In this document: positions 49,901 through 56,616 of the stretch, piece after piece
Numbering within the stretch: the stretch's first letter is position 1
How the letters are laid out: every line of letters begins with the position of its first letter
Assembly (NCBI GenBank): GCA_015680685.1
Contig: MNCI01000474.1
Location: 139,483 to 196,098, forward strand
Direction: 5' to 3'
From: Gnetum montanum
Lineage: Eukaryota > Plantae > Gnetophyta
Length of the DNA: 56,616 nucleotides
Notes under the pieces: generated by a model
Told to the model about the DNA's origin: nothing
What the model saw: only the letters and a program-made list of their open reading frames with translations
Databases searched by the model: none
Translations under genes and position numbers: made by a program

Positions 49901-51702
49901 AATCCCAAGAGGTGACTATGATCACCTCCGAGCGCAACGAAACCAACCTCTTTTTCAACTACGGGGAGGTGGAGGAGACCCAGTGTTGGCTCTACAATGG
50001 AGCCCCAACCACGCTTGTCCACAACCTTCAGGAGGCTAGGCTCATGGACTTATTTTTGGTTGTCAACCTGAAATCCCTCCTACCAAAATGCTTTCCCTAG
50101 CTGACTCCTTCTCCGAGAAAGCAGACTGCTTCCACACATGTGTTCATGGTGTGCGAGTGGTGTTTGAAATCAACAAACAATTGTTTGCGGATATTTTCAA
50201 CGTCCCTTCTAATGGTCTACCCATAGGAGAAAAATCTAAGAAAGATGCAAACCATCAGGGGGACATTAAGAAGTGGCTAGGGGTAGAAAAGGACCGAAAG
50301 GGGANTGATCGCCCTCGATTAACACATTAGTTAAAAATTTTAAAATGCCCAGTTTGCCCCAAGTAACAGGGTTTCTGTGATTGCGGCTACTGTCTCCACT
50401 GATAAGTGTGACCAAAAAATCACACTAAAATGGTGGAGAAGGAACTATAGGAAGTTCGATGGGTCCTCCTGGAACCAGATTGCCTGTCGTCCCACACGTG
50501 CATGGGGAGGAGGAACATTGGCCACCGGTTTGCTAAGGTAGCACATGACTCCCACAATCTCCAGGATAATCAGAATGAGCTTCAGCATGACCCTGTACAA
50601 TGAAGTATCAAATGTTAGCACTATGTACAAGTTAAATTTACACATAGCGTAGCATAACCCTCTAAGTATATATAGCATAGCATGACACTTTCATTGTATG
50701 TAGCATAGCATGATCTCCCAGTTGCAAATCTCTCTTTAAAAAAATAGAATAAAAATCTTAGGCGACGTAGCAACACGACATTGACAGTGTATCATAGTCA
50801 TCAAGCCTTGCACAATGTAACATCACTTAGATGCAAACGCATGACATGTGATGTAGAAAATGAACAAGAATAGACATATGTGTAACAATGTAACAATGTA
50901 ATTAATAGATTACTATGACGGGCATGGCAACATAGCAAACTTAATAGAAACAAATTTAGCAACGTAGCGGTGTTGTAGATTCAATAGCATAGCAATGCAA
51001 CAATCCTAAAGACCTTATGACATACCGGCATAGCGTAATAATAATATTACAAAGTTTAGACAAGAAAGAATTCATTGTGCTACAGTCGTCTCAACCATAC
51101 TTCTACCGTACAAAATAACTCATGCTACACTATGTAAAACACGTGTCATGCTATTAAATCTCGTAGATGGCCAAACCCTCCTAAGGGTGGTACACTACGC
51201 TAACCATGTGCTAAGCTATCAAGAATCACCCAAACCCCCATGACAAGGCAGTCGCAACAATGGTGGTTGAGGCAATATCACATGTAGCTGTAGCATAATG
51301 TCCATATAGCCACTGTGGCCAACCCGCAACAGTAGTGGCGTAGCGGCCAAAACAGCAACCAAAATAGTGGCAAAAGATGCAGATTTCATCACAATAATGA
51401 TTACTGTATTATGAAAAAATAAGGGCAGTGTAGCAACTTACCAAGCAGACGGAGCCTTCTCTCGCACTTCAACACATGCCTTGGATAGACATCCCAAAGT
51501 GTCATTTACCTTGTCCACCTTAGCGAGTCCTCGGTGGTTGTGGTCGCCTTTGGGTGCGATTGTCTCACTTGCAAATTCTTTGTCAATTGCTACGCTACAT
51601 TGCTTTACTTTCTCTCAGCACAACTGTGCTACGCTCTAGATGTGGGCTCTGTGCTCTAACAATGAAAATGACAAGTTTACCAGGGGTAAACCCCTATTTA
51701 TA
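46910..51702 (-). pseudogene. Degenerate antisense multi-exon gene nested between PR and RT of T2
   Basis: TATA at 51696-51702; donors at 51441, 48691 and 47068; acceptors at 50593, 48574 and 46980; peptides homologous to T1 (EGTRYNWAKHL vs EGTQYNWAKYL; VVFEINKQLFADIFNVPSNGL vs VVFEITNNILLDHFGIPSKGL). Contains assembly gaps. Confidence 0.75.
48186..48237. other. Assembly gap (N run); single Ns also at 49699 and 50305
   Basis: N characters in the sequence. Confidence 0.99.
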
Positions 51703-51889
51703 ACTGACGCAGTGAAAAGAACTTGTCATTTTCGCACCCCGAGTAATGTGGGATGCCCCATATAGCATAGCACTATTGTGTCATAATCCCGCTATAGTGT
51801 AGCATCATTGTTTGCAACATAATAGGTGGGCCCAACCTAAAAGTTTGTTCCACCTTGAATTAGCAACCTACCTTTACAAAGCCTACTTG

Positions 51890-52170
51890 CCATGGTCCGC
51901 AAAGACCTTAAACTAGTGACCTTAGTTCTCAAATTCCACCCATTAATGGTCTACGAAGACCTTAAACTAGCAACCTCAATTTACATTTTGATGTACACTG
52001 TAGCATGAGTACAGTCCGCCATGACCTTAAACTGGTAGCCTTAATATCCATTTCATATTTTAAACTAGATTTCACAATGTTATAGTCCACCATGATCTTA
52101 AACTGGCAAAATTAATATCCCTTGCTTATTCAAACCTGCTCATAGTCCGCTAAGACCTTAAACTGGTAAC
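51890..52170. repeat. Five spaced copies of (a/g)gtccgc.a.gaccttaaact(a/g)g upstream of RT in T2
   Basis: Copies near 51894, 51948, 52013, 52083 and 52143; same motif as the T1 3' UTR array. Confidence 0.8.
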
Positions 52171-52301
52171 TTGCAAATTTGGCCAAATGATTGACAATTA
52201 TTTCATGTTTGATTGTTGCTTTGCAAATTTTTATTACGCGCTATTGCTACAAATAGGTATCACTTGACTTGGCTCTTTCTTATTGTGGTAGGTTGAACAA
52301 A

Positions 52302-53496
52302 ATGGCCATGCAGCATGATCTACATTCACTTTTAACCTTGATAGGTCCTCATGGCAAGCTTGCAAGACATCTAAACTTAGAGTCAATAGATTGAGAATCA
52401 TCCACTAATAACACTGTAGCGTCCCTGGAAACATCCCTAGATATGCCCGAACATTTAGTCCAAGCCTTAGACTTAGAGGCTAGGGATGTGACCGAGGACC
52501 CTCTCATCGAAGCACTTGTAACGACATCCAGGGGGGAAATAAGGACATTAAAACTTAGCTCCCTCCTAGATCAACAAATACAAAAGGATGTCTTCAAGAC
52601 AATGTCAAAGTGTTCGTGTGGTCCTATAATGACATGCCGGGCTTAGATCGACAGCTAATACAACATAACATTGTCTTGGACCCACGTATCAAACCGGTTA
52701 AACAAAAGGCTCGAAAAATTAAACCAGAAATTGCACTAGCCATATGTGATGAAATTACCAAGCTATATCAAGCAGGCTTCATTTGTGTGATTGATTACTT
52801 AGAGTGGGTATCAAACATCGTTGTAGTTTCTAAGAAAATGTGAGGAATACAGATTTGTGTAGACTTGTAGGATCTAAACAAAGCAACGATTAAAGATGAT
52901 TTCCCACTACCAAGTATTGATCAACTTATCGACACTATGGTTGGTCATGCTTTATTATCCTTTATGGATGGGTTCTTAGGTTACAATCAAATTTGCATCA
53001 ATCCAGAGCATTAGTTAATGACTACTTTCATGACCCCTTGGGGAACCTTTTATTACATTGTGATGCCCTTTGGTCTCAAAAACACTGGAGCAACCGATCA
53101 ACAAGGCATGACATACATATTCAGTGACTAGCTCTTAGAGAGACTAAATGATTATGTGGATGATATAGCAGTTAAGTCTAAGATGGCTATTGATCATCCC
53201 AACGATCTAGAGGTAGTCCTCAAGCATTGTCATAGGCATGACTTACGTCTCAATCCAAAGAAATGTGTTTTCGGTGTTAAAACCGGATGCATGCTAGGGT
53301 TTGTAGTATCAGAGGCTAGAATAAGAGTGGAGCCTAACAATGTTAAGGCCGTCGTTAACCTAGCACCCCCTACCAACCTTAAAGCATTGCATGGATTGCA
53401 AGGTGGAATACAGTTTACCAAAAGGTTTATAGCAAGGTTGACTAATAAGTTACACCCCATGCAACACTTACTAAAGAAGGGAGTTAACTTTGACTG
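52302..53496 (+). pseudogene. pol: Degenerate reverse transcriptase of T2, truncated by an insertion
   Basis: WSYNDMPGLD, KDDFPLPSIDQL, VMPFGLKN, DYVDD (about 53150-53164), LNPKKCVFG; similarity stops at KKGVNFD. Confidence 0.93.
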
Positions 53497-54500
53497 TGTA
53501 GCGATCAAAAATGTCAGCAGCTGGAAACACCAAGAGGTTGTCGGCTGGACAGTCTTAACCCCAGATCCACGTGAGGGCCATGCTGGATAAAATGGAAACG
53601 AGATGCCTTGAACGGTCTAGTCTATTAGATATGGACTTAATCAGTGTCACTAAACCTTTTGCAAATGTGTAATTTAAAACTAATTTTTATAACGTAAAAT
53701 AATTATTATTATATGCGAGGAAACGAAAATGGTGTAAAATGCAATGATAAGAAAGAGAATGAAGTAGACTGGAGTTAAGAAATGCACCACTTCAAGACTG
53801 CGACTTTACTTTGTTAAGGTGGATACAATCAGTTGTGCGATGCTGGGAAGCACAGAGATCCCAAAAGTAACCAAAGACATTGAAAGTAAGACAACTGTAC
53901 GCTTGAACGTGGATTGAAGAGCTAATGATGCAAAATGTTAGAAAGGCAATAGAAAGGAGATAATAGAATGCGCAACAGGAATGCTAGCTATTTGATTTTT
54001 GTCAACTTGCCAATGTTAACAATGCTCAAGATCGCCAACCTTACTACAATTTTCCAATAGGTTTTTCAATTGATTTGCCAAACACAAATGCCAACAATGC
54101 TCAAAATTGCCAATGCTTCTCAAATTTGCCCCAACCCTTTGAGCTTTGCTCGTTGGGGTATTCATAGGGCTAGGAGCATGCAAAAGATGCGGTTTGGACG
54201 CCACGTGTCTGTTGGCACATTTGGCCATTACATGGAATAGTTGGAATATTTTGTTCAAAATTAGCACAATCCCTGGTTGTAAATTTGTAGTTTAGTATTG
54301 TGAGTTGATGGGTATTCTTGGAGAAGCAAGCCAATGGTAAATAATCTTGATGTTGAAGCCTTCTTGGAAAGTAAAATTAAAATGCCAAGTTATTTTCTTG
54401 AGTGAAGATTGGAATAAAAAAAAAGGAGGTGATTATTTACCACAAGAAAGCATACTCCCTGTTAATATTGAAAAAATAGACAACACCATGGGTAATGGAT
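53497..54500 (-). mobile_element. LTR (U5/R end) of a third related Tat element inserted into T2 RT; right boundary uncertain
   Basis: Begins TGTAGCGATCAAAAATGTC, colinear with the reverse complement of the T2 LTR end (TGTAGTGACCAAAAACATC...ttaaccc.agatc...gtgagggccatgct); TATA-like ggggtattcataggg at about 54156; candidate TSD GACTG. Confidence 0.8.
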
Positions 54501-54529
54501 TATCAAAAATCCTCTAAGAGTTGGAAGCA

Positions 54530-56616
54530 AGTGAAGGACCTAACGGACTACCAACAGGTTTTGAATCCTGTAAATTTAAAATTATCAAAGGATGTAAAGG
54601 TTTCTGTATTGCAGATGAACCCAAATTCCTGTAAGTCCAAAGGCCCATTATTAACGCTGCCAAAGAAAAAACCAAAAATCAGAAAAATAGAACTAAATGC
54701 CGTGGTTTTTGGACAAATCCATTAGCTTGCCATTCAGGATTGCGCCCACGCATCGGCTGGATTTATGTTGTCGACTCGCCAGATGCCGAACCTGAGTTTA
54801 TGGAGCGCGTGGGAGGCCCTTCTTTCACCACTGAGCCGAGTTAAAGGGGGTTTCGAGCAGAAATCATGTGTAGGCTGTGCAGATAGGACCGAGGCCAGTT
54901 TAGGGTAGAACGTAGCGGGCATATCATTGATTTCAGCAGAGACACTTGTGGATTTCAGAAGAATGGACGCCTATTTCGTGCGATGAACAAATTTGTGTTT
55001 TCATCCGCAACAACGGAAAATGCCTTTAAAACCCTGGTGGACGTTGCTTGAAGAATTTGCACCAAATGTTGGAAGAAAACTTTGAAAGCAAGACAGTTTA
55101 CCAGTTATCATAGACAGAAGGCAGTGAAAATCTACGAAGCAAGGATTAAATCATATAATCATCAAAACCTGTAGGGCATTTTCGAGAGGCAAAGGTTACA
55201 ACAGTTACAGATCCTTACAGAACACACAACGATGTTTCCTAACGCGGCGGCTGAGTCTTCTCCTATGATGGTAGTTGCTGGTAACGATTTTTGGCCGAAG
55301 AAGATATTTTGAATCAGTTGCGGGCAGTTGCAGGATCGGTGCCTTCACCTTCGGGCTCATATTTCGGGCCATCCTGAATTTTAATTTCAATTATCGGAAC
55401 GCAGAAAGGATAAATTAACTACCGCTACCACCAATAAGGTGGATATTATATTATATTTTTTATGAAAAAATCTAGAGCTTAATGACACTTAGTATTTAGA
55501 ATTTTAATTAAATTAAACTAGATTAGGGATTTTAGATTTATTTAAATAAATTACTTACAAAGGTAATATTTATAATATGTGCAAATACTAATTCCTCCTA
55601 ACTTTATGAATAACTTCCTAACTATATAACTCCCTCCTAATTAAATGGGAAAGTAACCTCCTAACTTGTTGGGCAAGTAATCTCCTAATTGGTTGGCCAA
55701 GTTACTTGGGAGAGAAGTTACGTGAGATATTTTTGAATATGTAACTTCCCTACCTACCTTGTAAACCTTATAAAAAGACTTCATGAGGACTTGGGGGATA
55801 ATTTTTGGAGGAGAATTTTTGAGGATATCTTTTTTGGGGGGAAAAAAATTTTGGAGAAGAGACTTTTGGGAGGTCTCATACATCACACTTTGGAAGGCTA
55901 CTAGTTAGCACTTAGGCTCTCACTTGAAGACACTTTGGGGTCTTGAGAAGAGCATTTGCAAAGAAGATTTGTAAAGACGATTGCTTGTAAGATGGCTTGC
56001 TAAAGGAAAGATTTCAGCCTCTTTGTCATGGTCCTGTGAGTTATGCATTTTATTTTTTATTTTGTTTAAATTGTTTAGCTAGTGGTTTAGATAGTATCAT
56101 CCTTGGCAAGTAATTTTGGGATTTTTAGATTGCTCTTACTGTTCTTGTTGCCCGATAGAAATTTCTATTAAAATTTTGCCATAGAAGCGCTTGTGTTTAA
56201 AAGCCTTAAGAGCATTTTAGTAGTAAATTTCGTTATTGTGCAACGTGTGGGAACTGCTATTGGGATTGTTGTAAGAGAGCCTCTGTTTGTAGTCACGCCG
56301 TTGAACAATTCAGTAGTCGAGAGGGTTCAGAAAATCTTTGGTATTTTGATGGGACCAGAATAGCTTCTTTTTATCTTTAAAGTGAATTCCCGTGGTATTT
56401 CAATCAGAAATTGTCAAGTCTTTTAAAGGTTCTGTTTGAATGCAATCGTTGACATCTATTATCTAGTCAAAATGGAGTCTCGTACGTGGTAGTTTACGCA
56501 GCAATTTTTGGTAGCATAGTAGGATTGTCTTGAAGATATTGCTTGTTTGAGCCTTGGAAGTTTGAACAATTCGTAGATATTGAATTTGGGATAGCTTTAT
56601 TGCGAAGTGTTTACTC
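54530..56616 (+). other. Unassigned non-coding, LTR-like sequence, comparatively CpG-rich
   Basis: No credible ORF; cctaact micro-repeats at 55590-55690, TATAAAA at about 55768 followed by a GA/T-rich tract; boundaries not established. Confidence 0.3.

Larger units (their letters stand above)
40576..53496 (+). mobile_element. Second, related Tat-clade element (T2): 5' LTR to mid-pol, cut by a later insertion
   Basis: LTR, perfect PBS, and gag, PR, nested antisense gene and RT all colinear with T1. Confidence 0.92.

Noticed and set aside
49327-50304. Apparently perfect 372-bp inverted duplication (49327-49698 vs 49933-50304) that would form a long hairpin and duplicate an ORF
   Set aside because: The segment 49700-50304 is bounded by single Ns. 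When flipped, it simply overlaps and extends the T2 antisense gene colinearly with T1. Most likely a mis-oriented contig; long reads would settle it.
51890-52170. Repeat-spacer pattern resembling a CRISPR array (also 24380-24625)
   Set aside because: Repeats are degenerate, spacing is irregular, there are no cas genes, and the context is a eukaryotic retrotransposon.

Overview
Plant-type heterochromatic DNA made almost entirely of nested, decayed Ty3/Gypsy LTR retrotransposons; I see no intact host gene. The left part holds Athila-like pieces: a 5' LTR, PBS and gag at 1-2731; a solo LTR at 7526-8438 with a TAAAT target-site duplication (TSD); and a 3' LTR, PPT and env-like ORF from 16352. These sit in very old AT-rich TE debris. 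A full-length 19-kb Tat-type element (20978-40044, minus strand, TSD GTTCC, tRNA-Asn PBS, RT-RH-aRH-INT) is inserted in the Athila-like element. A related Tat element on the plus strand starts at 40576, and its RT is cut at 53497 by a third related LTR. The most notable observation is that both Tat copies share an unusual layout. About 6 kb separates protease from RT. That interval carries an antisense, multi-intron gene with its own conserved TATA promoter, flanked by CCTTAAACT-core repeats. The RT-INT ORF restarts after a conserved branch/acceptor site and a conserved ATG. All coding regions are pseudogenised, mostly by C>T/G>A changes. Coordinates were read by eye; family names come from motif recognition, not database searches.
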